A stretch of 64,000 bases of DNA. Origin: Tubiluchus corallicola. Lineage: Eukaryota; Animalia; Priapulida. Made by a program: the position numbers and the translations under genes. Below, in pieces: positions 22,377 to 37,822 of the stretch (position 1 is the first letter of the stretch; each line of letters begins with the position of its first letter). Location: assembly GCA_030141605.1 (NCBI GenBank), contig JAQGDQ010000839.1:25321-89320 (forward strand), given 5' to 3'. The notes under the pieces were generated by a model. The model did no database searches. It saw nothing but the letters and a program-made list of their open reading frames with translations, and had not been told where the DNA came from.

Positions 22377-24570
22377 ACTCAATATCTGTCAGTTTGTGAG
22401 TGACATATGTTCGTGATGCTTATTGATTTAGTAACACAATTTTTTCCAACAGTGTAACGTAAAGCAAAAGATCCAATTGTAATCAGTCAAAGGGTTAAAG
22501 CCTTACAAGGTTCAGCGTAAAGTACAATATCAAATACGCATATGATAATAATATAAGCATTTTGCAAATGTCGGCCATGTTTTCCAAGCGCTAAAATTGC
22601 TTGCTAAAATAATACCCGTACAATAGTACTGATTGATTAATTTGATTGATCAATAATACTAATCATTTAATGCCAGCTGATCTTTTTCTCATTATGTCAC
22701 GCGGTTCTCGTTTGCATGGCAAAAAATGCTGATGTCATTTTTGTTGTCATGGCAACGAACACACCTGCCCCAGCTCTTCTTCTGTCAAGGCAGGGTCCAA
22801 TGCGGGTTTAGCCTCATTTATGACTGCAGTTTGTCTTTTGTGTTCAGATTGGTGAGATTAGTCATTTTAACTCATTTCAAAATATCTTCAGTGATATTTT
22901 CACGTTTTTTTTGCAATATGATGGGCTATCTCTAATATTTTTGTTTTTTCCGGTCAAACATTTTTGTGGCTTCGTTGACATGGGTGTGGTTGTTTAATTT
23001 TGTTAGTTAGTTTCCTTTTCTGCGAGTGAAATCCTAACTTTCTAACTGTTTAGCTCCTAAGTTTTATAACTGCTAAGCCTTGATGACTCACTGTAATTGT
23101 AAATGTAATTTATTATCACTTCAGCGTGTATTTTTACATTACAATTTGCATTATTATCTTTAACTATTATGCCCTATAACTAGAAGATGAAATATAGTTA
23201 CAATAATTGTAACAGAACTACATTAGTATACTATAGCATGATATAGTTAGGGAAAAAATTCCAAATATAATTACAAAAATTTAACAGAATTGTACTAACA
23301 TAGTTACGAAACAGTTTGTCAACAAGAAATAGATGCTGCATGGTGGTCAAGAAGCAAAGCTTGTAAGACCACCATGAAAAGTGAAAAAACGACTTAATTT
23401 ACAAGAGAGAGAATTATAGAAAAACAGGGAGTAGTTAAGATAGAATAATAGACAGAGATAGAGAAAAAGAGAAAAGAAATGAATTAGAAAGAAGTTCAGG
23501 ACGTCTTCCGGTTCACGTCGTCTTCAGAAATTGACCTACAAGTGACCAGCCAGTGACCCACTGTATCATCTACAGTACATCTCTGTAATGAATGAATAAA
23601 TGGAAATTTATCATTTGGTTTTGCTGTACTTCCAGTTCACTTTGCAGAACAAACTAACTTTTCTTATGCATTTCCTGCCTTTTCCTTTTAAATTTTCAAT
23701 TGAATCGTGACATTTTTGCTTTGGAAATTTCATTTTGGACGTGATCCATATAAATGCAGGCCTCTTGATAGACCGTCGGGCGCTATAGAAATGAGCTATT
23801 CCCCAGGGAAGTTTCCCTAAATTGTCTCAATTCATTGGCTCAAGTAAGTCCAATTCATCCCCGTAACAACGTAGTTAGCGGCTGGCGTATAAGTGTGACA
23901 CAACCAGCTCATTTATGCATAAACCCCAGGAGAACAGACATTATGATTTACTGGGCTTCTATACAGCTTCTGAATCGAAGGCACTTATAAAGAGAACCAC
24001 CCAAACGAAGTTCTGGCCAGATTGATTTTGACGACACGTCACCGACTTAATATTCCTAATAATCGCATATCAAGTGTCCGTCTTGACCGTGGGTCAGCTA
24101 GAAACTGGACACAGCGTTTGTGGATTTGTTTATTTACATTAAACGCCGGCGTCCAACTTCTGGTTCAGCGTTGTTTACTATGCTGCACGCGCAAAGGCAG
24201 CTTTGTTTACTATAATGTTTACTCCTAGCATGCCTGTTTACTACGTACCAGACGATTTTTGAATTTCGTTACTGCATCGATTGGGCAACGTGGCGCAATA
24301 CTTTCGCCACGAGTTGCGCCATCTCAAGTGGCCTGTCTTTGTTTTGTGTTTGAGGAGGTCGGACGGGCGTGTGTGTTGGGCGGGGATCTGCCAGTCATTG
24401 TCTGCTAAATAACATGCATATGCGCCAGAATCGGGTTTATTCAAGTTCAGAATCTGAATTTGGTCCCAGGCCAACTGTCCATCTTTTCCTCCTCCACTGT
24501 TTCATTATGGTTTGACCACCTCTTACGGCCAAGGGTCAGCTATTGAAAGAGAACATTTCTTCGTATTGTT

Positions 24571-25050
<480 letters not shown>

Positions 25051-26545
25051 ATGTTTTTACAAACTAAAGATTATGCAAAATTCACTACTTCTTGTTTTAA
25101 TTTTGAAATGACAAATCTTTGGTTGTTTTAGTAGTTGGGAGCACACTAGGTTTTAGTTATTTGGGAGATTGTGTAGTTTTTTGTTGATTAAAACAAGTTT
25201 GTTTTGTCTCTGACGCATGTTAGTTACGGATATTAAATTTTAGATATATCTTGAGAAATGTCAGAAAAGTTTTCTTTGCGTAAGAAGATGAGTATGTGGA
25301 TTTTGGAATAGAATTTTAGAAGATATTTTCACTCTTCAGTGACGTTTTCATCATGTTTCCAAGAGAGGCTTATATGAGCGTGTCTCAATTGTTCACCAAA
25401 GTCACCCCTTAGAATACCTCTTGGAAGCCAAGTGTGTTACAGTGTGATGAACTCTGACGAGCTTACAGAACGCTTTGATCTGCATGGCGATAGTTCAACC
25501 CACCTAGGAGAATGTTGACCCTTTAATTAACGTTGTTTACAACAGTGGCGTGTTAGCCGGGTTTATTTACCGGGCAGCTGATGAAGAGGCAGGGATTGGA
25601 ATGAATACAGTTCATTAATTGTGGCTGCTGCCCGGGCCCGCGTTCATGGTGCCTGAGCTGTTTTGATAACCTCATTAACATCCCAGTTCATCTAAGGTTT
25701 TAATTACCGACTTTTCACTGCCCTAATCAATTGTGCAAATGAATTGTGCGTACTACTACGACTCCTCTGTGCTCGTGCCTAATCGCGTGGCTTCATGCTG
25801 ATCACGTGATTCGCTCGGTGTGGCTTCGGCAAAGTTGAGTCACGCAACACTCGTAAAATGAACCACGGCCTGTAAATGCTGAGCTACATAATTCACTTAT
25901 GAATACTTGATGGCATTATCATTGGCTTCTTCCTGTAAATTGAAGCCATTTTTCTGGATGGAACAATTCGTTGAGGCAGCTAGATTTGTGTGGAGGCTTG
26001 AACATCGTTGACTCGAGCACTTGTTGTCCTCCATAATGAGAGGAGGAGGTTCAACATGCAAGCCCCCAGTGTGCACTCATGGTCTCTGAGTGGCTTCAAG
26101 ATAGCTTGCCTCTCTTGCCTTGTAGTACTTGACTACTGTCACTCTTCATCGAGCACAACAAGACAATTGTCCAATGATCATTGGGGAAAAATTGGGAAGA
26201 CTGTGGAATAAGGCTTATCCCAGAATAATAGCCTCTAATACTGAGAAATCTTCACAGCTGGTGCAAAAGCCGAGATGAAATGTTTATTTGAAGCAGAAAG
26301 AAAAAAACGCAAAAGAAGAAGGTAAATAATGTTGACAAAAATCACAAGATGAAAAAACAACACCACAATGTAAAACATCACTTTTCATATCACTTTTACA
26401 TAATTCTACAATTGCTACTTATCCTAGGCAAATATTCTAAACTGACTTTTGCTTTTTAGATATTGATGAAATATACCGTATTAATTTGGTGCCGTTGTGA
26501 TTGATGCTGCTGTGACGTTAGACACGGGATAACAGTCAGCTTTAA

Positions 26546-27377
26546 AGGAAAGGCCAACACTTCTAGGAAGTTAGGCTCATTTCAATGTTCGCGATAAATG
26601 TTAGAAGGATTTAGTAATAAAACTGCAATAAGCACTTCGTTTAATTAGTAAAATCACTTTCAAAGTCGCCATCTTACTTCATGCTTGGGCGCGCCCATTT
26701 TGAACGCCCATTCTTCTTCCGATGACGTCATTCGTCTTGGAGAAAAATAGCGCACTGTCAGTCTTCGTCAAAAGTATAAAAAGCTTTTTAGGAAAAAAAT
26801 AGATAGCTAATTTAGTAATATTTTTTGTGTGAGTGTTAGGTAAGCTGCAGAAGTTTGACTTAGTTTAAACAGCGCGCGCTTACGGAAAACCACGAAGTCT
26901 CCGAGCTACGTCATGATTTTCAAGTGAATGGCGGCAACCACCGCGACTGAAAATTTCCATTCAGAACTAGTACATTTTAAGTTTGTGGTTTATAGACAGT
27001 TCTTTGCATATTTTTTTGCTATATTTTTCTGAGTTTAAGTGTTTTCAGTATAAAATAAACCCAACATACTGAGTGACTTGTTCTTTCCCTTAGCACACCA
27101 CAAACAGTTTAAGTGATAACAGTAAAATAAACCCAACATACTAAGTGACTTGTTCTTTCCTTTAGCACACCACAAACAGTTTAAGTGATAACAGTAATAT
27201 AAACCCAACATACCGAGTGACTTGTTCTTTCCTTTAGCACACCACAAACAGTTTAAGTGATAACAGTAAAATAAACCCAACATACTGAGTGACTTGTTCT
27301 TTTCTTTAGCACACTACAAACAGTTTAAGTGATAACAGTAATATAAACCCAACATACCGAGTGACTTGTACTTTCCT
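26546..27377. mobile_element. Non-autonomous Kolobok-like DNA transposon (TTAA TSD)
   Basis: TTAA|AGGAAAGGCCAACAC ... GTGACTTGTACTTTCCT|TTAA; RR...YY termini and TTAA duplication (26542-26545, 27378-27381). Confidence 0.65.
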
Positions 27378-27381
27378 TTAA
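27033..27381. repeat. 72-bp minisatellite, about 5 copies, each containing the right TIR of the Kolobok-like element
   Basis: Unit gtttaagtgataacagtaaaataaacccaacatactgagtgacttgttctttcctttagcacaccacaaaca. Confidence 0.9.
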
Positions 27382-28443
27382 ATTAAGAGATGATTTGCAG
27401 GTCAACAGTCTCTTACCTGGTCAAGTTACGTTGTTTTTTTAGCCCTGGGCGTGGCGTTTACTCGACCGTCCAATCAGCGATGTTTATTCCGTTCCCTCGT
27501 AATGTCATTATGCAATACTAGAATGAAGACCTCGTCTCGCATTGCTGCTGTCTAAACACCAGCAGGTAATGATAATGTGGAGCTGTGAAAAATGGCGTTT
27601 CTCTCCCGTGCTTATTAGCAGTTATTTGCATCCCAGCCTGGACAAGATAAACGATGCGGTGCCTCATTTGCATAGGTAATTTGCCTATCAGATGCCAGGG
27701 TTCCCATTTTCTCCTGATTCCGTTGACTCTATTGGATCATTTGTTACGTGAGACTTGCACCAGTTGACAGTCTTTGCGTCCTAGTGTTGCATGCATTATA
27801 TGCATATTGGCCAGCTACTGCAAACACGAGGGGAATTATCCTGCTCTTTTTCTGGATGAGCGGAAGCGCCGTGTATGATATATTGGAGAAAGCTTTCTGG
27901 GTCTCCCGATGACCTAGCTTCCCGTGTTTGTGTGCCCCAGTTCTGAAGGTGACACGCAAGCGATGCAAATTGTGCAATCTTGACTATCACCCCATTGAAT
28001 TAATTGTTTATGTAATGGTTTGCTAAAGCACTTAGCCACTGTCACGACCCATGAATTCACACACTACGAAATTCGTAAACACAATTAATTCACAATCTAA
28101 TGAATCTGTTTGAAGTGTTGCAAACGCTTTGGATACAGATTTTTCAATTTTCAATGTTTACCGTGTCCTTTCAAGAGTTCTAATCCCTCAGTCTGTTCAA
28201 ATACCGTCGTAGGTAACGAATTGTGTGCAAATTCTACTATTTATAAAGTAGTTTAATGGTCAACTTCGAGTTGTCGGCGGCTAGGCGAGTTTCAGAAAGC
28301 TTTCTTTTACAAAATTTCCCTGCAACGGTTATAAGATTGTGAATACCATTACTTAATGAGCGAGTTACGTTAACCATTGAAAATATTGTTCCCTGAAAAT
28401 ATTCGGTGGTAGTTTTTACACTTTCAGACTCGATGAGTTGTAT

Positions 28444-28612
<169 letters not shown>

Positions 28613-30007
28613 TAAATTCTTTATTGCTATAAAATTACACATCATTGAACGGTAAACTACATTCATAAATTGATAGTATAACCAGTGTTTCCACTGCTGT
28701 GAGCAATAGTGTTATACAATAAAAATTAATTTACAATTAAAAATGCGAGTGAGGCTGTAACTAATTACATAAGTACAAAAGCTTTACATTTCATTTCACA
28801 CAGTTCGGAAAATTTAACACCTTTACAATATTTACGAAATAGTTTTTTGGTAGTTTCTTACGTAAACGGATTTGTAGCATACTAGAGTTTACGAATCACG
28901 GCTTTATACATCACATGTGATGGTTTCTAATGTTTTATACATCACATGTGATGGTTTCTAATCTTCTATCACTTATTAATGTCCTACAATAGACACTGCA
29001 CAATAGACCGTTGCCGTTTAGTAACCAACCCCTAATCCGTATAATCAGTTTTCAGCTGCACCTAAACGTACATCAAATATTCATTAACTTTGCCTCTGTG
29101 TTTTTTTACAAAAATGGCAGGTGTTCGTTTTAAAATAAGCTGTCGTAGCTCCAACCATTGACATAAACAGCAATTGGGGGTCATACGAAATTATTGTTAT
29201 AAAAATGTAACTGCGTTTGGACTTTTTAATTAAAGGAAAGGGCTATTAATTGCAAAGGTCATTTAGCATCTTGGGTTTTTTTACTATCATCACTTAAACT
29301 TGAAAAAATATAACAAAGAAATTTGCAAAAATCTGTCTATGAAGCTTAAACACACCACCACTGTAAAGAATTGTAACACTCGATATACCGATGTCCTCGA
29401 GTCGATGCAAATGGGTGAAATGTACTACTAAACGAACTGGGAAATGAGAATTTAAATCTTGTGTGTTGGACCAAAAATGAAAATTTAATATCGGCACTTC
29501 ACTGAAAGTTGAAAATGCATCACCAAAAATATTTAAACAGCTGAAACATTCATAGTAAAAACCACGTGATCATTTTGCAAGCAATTTATCTTGTAAATTC
29601 GTAGTTTCATACACTTAGTCATAAAGACGATTATATTGGAATGCACACCATATCTGTATATAAAGACAAGCACTGCGTTTATATGAATATGTGTGTGCAT
29701 GTGTGTGTGCGTGTGTATGTGGGTGTGGATGTATACAAATTTATTATATAATATTAATACAAATATTTATAATTTAAATATTTTTGTTAATACTTTGTCA
29801 CATCGAAATCCTGAATTTGTTAATATTCAAGATAAATTTGCAAATTACATTAATATTACATTGTCTGTATTTTTAAAAATATATTCCCTAAATCAAGGAC
29901 CTCTATAATTAAAGTTATAAGAATTAATGTAACTTTAGTTATAGATGTTCTTGCCTAAGTTAAAAAAGTAAAAAGCATTATTTACAAACATTACACACAT
30001 GGTAATG

Positions 30008-30208
<201 letters not shown>

Positions 30209-30491
30209 ATGTACAGAATACAATCCCCCTATTTGTAGGGATATGTATAAAATTTCTAAAAACATTTACAACGTATTAAACCTATTCATATATAGTATAT
30301 AATTTAGAATCCAACGCATGAGACAGATTGAACGACAACGATCATATACAGTAGACATAGTTACAAATTATAATCCAACTCTACATACATACATAATAAA
30401 AGATAACGAACATATTTTAATACTTAGTAAGAAAAATTTACACACATTATACACAATGAAAAACAGCGAGTACAATTATAATAAACATAAT

Positions 30492-30580
30492 TAGCAATTC
30501 TAATGTAAATTCGCATAATCATAAATAAAAACAAAACAGCATATAGAAAACACGACGAGAGTTGTAAAATTTCATCACCA
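30492..30580. repeat. Dispersed repeat segment, second copy at about 49650-49740
   Basis: aattctaatgtaaattc.cataatcat...aaacacgacgagagttgtaaaatttcatcac is shared. Confidence 0.8.
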
Positions 30581-31095
30581 ACAGACTGTTTATATACGGA
30601 CGAAAGACGATGAGAATTCATCCGAGATAAGATTTGCAAAAGCATTTATAGCATTATTATCCCGGCTAGAGAAAACATAGTCCGAATCTAATGTAAGCAG
30701 TGTGCTAATAAAATCATTTCTTTTGGCTTGGTTTACTAATGTACATTCAAATAATAAATGATGTAATGCATAATATAACATGCGCTTTGTATAGTGAAAA
30801 TATTTTCCATCCGATTTCTGTTTAAATTGCATATATGTGGTTATATAATACGCCATTAAATTAATATTCGTATTATTATCCGCCTTTTATTGTGGGAGCG
30901 CTAAGAATAAAACGCATACGTTACTCGCCGTTATAGGAATAGTTGTAAAATACTGGAATTATTAGTACAATATTCGCCTTATGATTGACATTATCTAGTT
31001 GAACCATAGCACACATAAAATATTTTATGACGTACAGCTATTGTGAGAAAAACGTGTCTCGCAACTACGTGATCTGTGGGTCATATTAATAAAGG

Positions 31096-31727
31096 ATAAA
31101 AGAAAAAAATACAGTTATATCACGCTTATGCTGACTGACCTTGCTTTGTTTTCAAATTCAGAATGTCTCTGTGCATATTTCTGTGCATAAAAGAAAAAAA
31201 TACAGTTATATCACGCTTATGCTGACTGGCCCTGCTTTGTTTTCAAATTCAGAATGTCTCTGTGCATATTTCTGTGCATAAAAGAAAAAAATACAGTTAT
31301 ATCACGCTTATGCTGACTGACCCTGCTTTGTTTTCAAATTCAGAATGTCTCTGTGCATATTTCTGTGCATAAAAGGGAAAAATACAGTTATATCACGCTT
31401 ATGCTGGCTGACCTTGCTTTGTTTTCAAATTCAGAATGTCTCTGTGCATATTTCTGTGCATAAAAGAAAAAAATACAGTTATATCACGCTTATGCTGGCT
31501 GACCTTACTTTGTTTTCAAATTCAGAATGTCTCTGTGCATATTTCTGTGCATAAAAGGGAAAAATACAGTTATATCACGCTTATGCTGACTGACCTTGCT
31601 TTGTTTTCAAATTCAGAATGTCTCTGTGCATATTTCTGTGCATAAAAGGGAAAAATACAGTTATATCACGCTTATGCTGGCTGACCTTGCTTTGTTTTCA
31701 AATTCAGAATGTCTCTGTGCATATTTC
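31096..31727. repeat. 91-bp minisatellite, 7 copies
   Basis: Unit ataaaagaaaaaaatacagttatatcacgcttatgctgactgaccttgctttgttttcaaattcagaatgtctctgtgcatatttctgtgc. Confidence 0.95.
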
Positions 31728-32685
31728 GTAGAGATCTTCGTCAGAAAGTGTTAAAACATAAGGTATGCAGGTAGAAAGTTTCGAAAACTAATAGAATTTT
31801 GCCACATTGCCAAATTGCCGAGCTTCTAAGGCTGTTATGCGTTGGCGACCTTTCTTTAAACAAATATATTTATAGTATGTTCATATTTATAGAGTGGATT
31901 GCTTTGAGCTATAGTATGTTCATATTTACAGAGTGGATTGCTTTGAGCTATAAGATTATGTCCGGTTCTCCTTTAATTTTAATTTACTGAATTTATCTGA
32001 CTTATTTATTTCATAATATAACCCTTTATTAGGCATCGTACATAATACATTGTTTCATCAGCCTGACTGAGAGCGGCAAGTGTGACGCGCAACAGGAATC
32101 TTCCCAGACGCAAAAATGTATTTAGGACGTAAAAAGTGAAGTTGACACGAATCTGTTTGCTGTAGATGCATTATGTGCAAATTAGCTGTTCTGGGTAATT
32201 TGCTGTCTGTCTCCTAAGTATTTAGTGGAATTTTATTAATACCTGTCGCTACTTGCAAAAGTGTTTGCGAACCTGTCTAGGAAACGCCATTGCTCATTCG
32301 TTTATGAATTTTATTCGTTCGTTCTGTTGTTTGTTCTTTGGAAGCTGTCTCCATTGTTCTCTCTGCTTGACAAGGGAAAAAGAAACACGGAATTACCACA
32401 CAATTTCGTGTTCATGAGCCAAGTTCTTTGCTGTTACGTTTCGCAATTCGCTAGTTAGACGGGCACTAGCGCCTTGCATTTCGGAAACGCATTGCACGAA
32501 AAACAGGCGCTGTACCTCTCGGTTCAGAGATTGTTCAGTTTTGACGTTGGGAAATCGTTACTATTTTTTCGAAAATAACTTGTGAAAGAATTGTTACTGA
32601 ATGAGTTTATTATAACTGAAATTCTAAAGGTAACAGAGACGTGTGTACATAACAAGTTCCACCTATACAATGTCAGAGTAGAAAA

Positions 32686-33033
32686 AGTAGTCTAGCTTTT
32701 TGAGCTACAGTTTAATATATTGTGGCTTCTAATGCATACACTACCTTGGGAAGGAGTAGTCTAGCTTGTTGAACTATAGTCTAATATATTGTGGCTTCCA
32801 ATGCATATACTACCTTGGGAAGGGGTAGTCTAGCTTGTTGAACTACAGTCTAATATATTGTGGCTTCCAATGCATATACTAACTTGGGAAGGAGTAGTCT
32901 AGCTTGTTGAACTAAAGTCTAATATATTGTGGCTTCTAATGCATATACTACCTTGGGAAGGGGTAGTCTAGCTTGTTGAGCTACAGTCTAATATATTGTG
33001 GCTTCTAATGCATATACTACCTTGGGAAGGGGT
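32686..33033. repeat. 69-bp minisatellite, 5 copies
   Basis: Unit gtagtctagcttgttgaactacagtctaatatattgtggcttctaatgcatatactaccttgggaaggR. Confidence 0.95.
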
Positions 33034-34148
33034 AATGGACCAAAACATTTGTGCCTGCAACAATAATATTTAAAACATTCATAACTTTATAACCCTTTGA
33101 TAAGATAAAGCATTTTAATTGTAAGTATAGTTTTTGTTCCTATACCTCTGATGTTGCAACAAATAAGCGAAATCATATACAGGCCTGCTATGCTAGACCA
33201 CTGTGGTATGCTTGATGCAGCCATTCTGAGCAATAAATCCCACTGGCTGTATCATGACTGTAGATATTCATTTTTTCTTGCATTCTATACGCTTATCATC
33301 TGGAAGATGTCAAGACGTCCAAAAATAGCGACAGCCCGTAGTAATCCGAGCGTGCTTGTAGTATACGAGAGTTGTAACGCGTAGTACACACACACACGGC
33401 AAGTGAAGCCAGGTTGTGGAGGGTTGACGTCATCGCGTGGCTTCGCGGCGGCGACTAAACTCGAATTACCTGAACGTTCTGGGAAGAAGTTGACCAATTA
33501 AAATGATTAGTTTGAGGAATCTGCGAGCTCCGCAGGTATGGTGCGGTTCCAAAATGTCGAAATTTCAACCGTGTCACGTGATTGCCTCCCCCTCTGCAAT
33601 GGCTTCACCGTAGCTCTTACATAATATTGCATGCACCTGTCATTTTTGTGTGCCCAGGGAGGCTAGGCACCGGCACAGCGCTGATCAAATATTTGTGCCT
33701 TCCCTTCCATATTAATTCATGCAGTTATTAATTAGTTTGGCGCAATAATTAATTTTTCCTGCTCATAAATCAGGCGGCGGCGTTGTTTAATGAGAGCGCA
33801 ATTGCGCGCGCCGCGCACCATATGGAGCCACCGGAGATCCGGGTCTTGGAGACGCTGGTTCAAGGGTGGGCTTCGAAACGTGAATTAGAAATTTGAACAA
33901 TATGCAAATATTGATATAATTGCGTTGTGGTGATTACAGAAACAAAGCAAATGGCAGGGTGTAGTGTTAATTTCCAAGAAGCCGTGTAGCTGGGTTGTTG
34001 CATGAAGCCAGTTTTATGGCGATGTTGCCTTGTGTTTACTTAGTGGAAAAACTGCAGGTCTGATAAGCAATTAGGTCACAGCGACCCATAAATAATGAAA
34101 GAATAGGTAAATACCTGGTGGGTTATGTGCAAGGATAAAGTTTTTCCT

Positions 34149-34535
34149 TTAACATTATTTACTAATTATTTACTACTAATTAACATTATTTGCTAATTAT
34201 TTACTACTAATTAACATTATTTGCTAATTATTTACTACTAATTAACTTTGTTTGCTAATTATTTACTACTAATTAACATTATTTGCTAATTATTTACTAC
34301 TAACTAACATTATTTGCTAATTATTTACTACTAATTAATATTATTTGCTAATTATTTACTACTAATTAACATCATTTGCTAATTATTTACTACTAATTAA
34401 CATTATTTGCTAATTATTTACTACTAATTAACTTTGTTTGCTAATTATTTACTACTAACTAACATTATTTGCTAATTATTTACTACTAATTAAGTTTGTT
34501 TGCTAATTATTTACTACTAATTAACATTATTTGCT
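34149..34535. repeat. 31-bp AT-rich minisatellite, about 12 copies
   Basis: Unit taacattatttgctaattatttactactaat. Confidence 0.95.
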
Positions 34536-34951
34536 GCATTATTTTGTTTACCGAAACACTGCTTTAACTGGCAGTTGTTACAATAATATAATTTACGTAA
34601 AAACAGGTGATTCAATTTAAAATTAACTTTGTCGCATAAAGTTTTTGTTTTGCAGTGAAATGAAGTCCAGTTAAATTTATAATGGACTCGCACAGAATAG
34701 ATAATAATTGCAGTAGTCTTAAGTGGGTCATTCCTTGTAATTAATACATAACTGCATTTCAATATATGGCTTAATATATCTTAATATTAATATAGTATAG
34801 TATACTGATTCTTACTATATTATACTGTACTATATACCTTAATATAGCTTTATTATTATCGTCATAATGAAGTTTTATTATTCTTGCCCAGGATAAGCCT
34901 ATAAAATGCCGCATAAGTTCATTATATACCTTGAACAGGCTTGTCACGTAT

Positions 34952-35117
34952 ATCTTGAACAGATATGTCATTATATCACTTGGGATCTTGAACAGATATG
35001 TCATTATATCACTTGGGATCTTGAACAGATATGTCATTATATCACTTGGGATCTTGAACAGATATGTCATTATATCACTTGGGATCTTGAACAGATATGT
35101 CATTATATCACTTGGGA
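34952..35117. repeat. 33-bp minisatellite, 5 copies
   Basis: Unit atcttgaacagatatgtcattatatcacttggg. Confidence 0.95.
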
Positions 35118-35422
35118 ACAGCCAGCAAGGCAGTGGCTTATGTCCATCTTGTCAAGACAATTCACTTTTTACTTCATCACACAGAGCTACATGCTCATGG
35201 TTGAATGGTCGACTGGGTCTAATTACCAACAGACGGTAACACTTTCACTGCCACCATACACTGTTATCCAGGCAGTAAAATTAATTAGTCATAGCGTAAT
35301 TATTGGACTGTCGTCAGCAGTAGGTGAGCAGCTGAGCCAGCCAAGCAGGCAACATTTTTTTAAGTTGCCAGTGAGAAGGATCACACAAAATTTACGTCTG
35401 AACTGTTGCTATTTGTTTTACT

Positions 35423-35878
35423 CCCTTTCAGTCCCAAATTGTTCTTTTAATAAGAAAAAATTTTTGGCTTGGTTTTGGTTCAGTATGTCCATCTTGTTTA
35501 CACATAATAATAATTTTTTTCTACCTGTGCCCGCGTGCTAAATATAGCCTGTATCCCACGGGATTCATTGAGATTCAATGGAAGCATAAAATGTGCTCCA
35601 TTTTGCAACTGCTGATACTTTTTTAAAGTATTTAAGACATTTAGTATGCACGCTATGCTGATCTGTACAAAGTCGTCTCTAAAGTACTGTACCTTGCGCA
35701 GTTTTTTGTGCTATGTAGATTTTCTAGTTTGCCATTTTATCACCATTTTAGTCTCTTGTTATTGGCTTAAATCAAAATAACTATTAACAGATCAAATAAC
35801 TGTCAGTTTTAAAATTTTATTAATTTTAAAGGCAGAAAATATTCTCGTATCCCACGGGATACAACGGGTATGAAAGGG
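35423..35878. mobile_element. piggyBac-like MITE, copy 1 (left TTAA eroded)
   Basis: CCCTTTCA...TGAAAGGG|TTAA; highly similar to 51531-51989 and 60861-61323. Confidence 0.85.
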
Positions 35879-36114
35879 TTAACGTCTTTTTGTTGTAAAT
35901 TCTATGGTCTCGCATCATGGACCCTTATTTAAGTCGATTGATCCAGCTTTAGCTATAGTAACAGCCCGTGTTTATGCTACTTTTCAACAAACTCTTCCTG
36001 TAATCGACTGTTTTACATTAAGCATCTGTTTGTTCTTGTCGTACGGGGGCTTACGTTTTTGGCTCCACCGTCAAATCCGTCATTCACTCTACCAGAATTA
36101 GCCACTGTAAATTT

Positions 36115-36270
36115 CTCTTATTTTTGGCATTTGGAAACAATGTTAGGATCATATACTAATACTTAGCCTATAATTTAAAAACAAAATAATGACAGTCGGA
36201 GCTATACCCGAGACTTCACTGTGTTCAACTTCCATTAAATTAAAAATGACCAAATATATGGAAAGTGACT
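36115..36270. repeat. Dispersed repeat with an inverted copy at about 39600-39880
   Basis: gagacttcactgtgttcaacttccatta...aaatgaccaaat and cttagcctataatttaaa match the reverse complement of 39601-39745 and 39810-39880. Confidence 0.7.
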
Positions 36271-36360
36271 TCCTTTATCTTACCAGTTATACATAAGTAG
36301 TACATGCAGTTGTAGTCAAAGACCAAAAGCTATATCAAATATTTCTACCTGGAAATATCA

Positions 36361-37290
<930 letters not shown>

Positions 37291-37822
37291 GCTGGTTGTC
37301 ACTGCCAGACACCATTTAGTGTTTTGACACAGAACACAAATAAAATTTACACCTGAATATTTGTCCATGGACGGCTTCTAACTGCTGTCGTTTTTAAACA
37401 GCTACAGTGGCTGGTCCACCAGAAACCTTTGCAGGAAGCCTTCACCTCGTCAGCAGTCGGACATTGCATAAAACCCACATGTTGTTGATGCCTGGTTGAA
37501 AAATGCGAGCCTGCGAGGGTCACTCGGGTCACGCTAACCCAAGAGCTCAAACATGGTACTAATAATCGCAATCCACTTTATTCGTTACTGGCAAGTACCG
37601 ACTAGAGCCACTAGGCAATGATGAAGCTCATTTTCACGGAGAAATCTGTTCCTTATAGGTCAGTGGCTACTGCCCAGCAGCTACGTGGCTTCCCAGACCT
37701 TGAATCAATTACTTTTCTTTCATAATATTTTGAGTCTGACGAAACCTTCACTGTTGTGGCGTGTTTTCAATTTGTGTCCTGCAACATGGCGCATTGGAAT
37801 TGTTTGCCTTGGTTAGAGATCG

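Noticed and set aside
21951-22382. Asp-rich 143-aa ORF resembling acidic biomineralisation proteins
   Set aside because: Degenerate trinucleotide repeat open in several frames, no signal peptide or splice context, and similar tracts at 17150 and 63300.
34906-35541. 211-aa ORF
   Set aside because: Composite of a 33-bp minisatellite, unique intron sequence and the start of a MITE; no recognisable domain.
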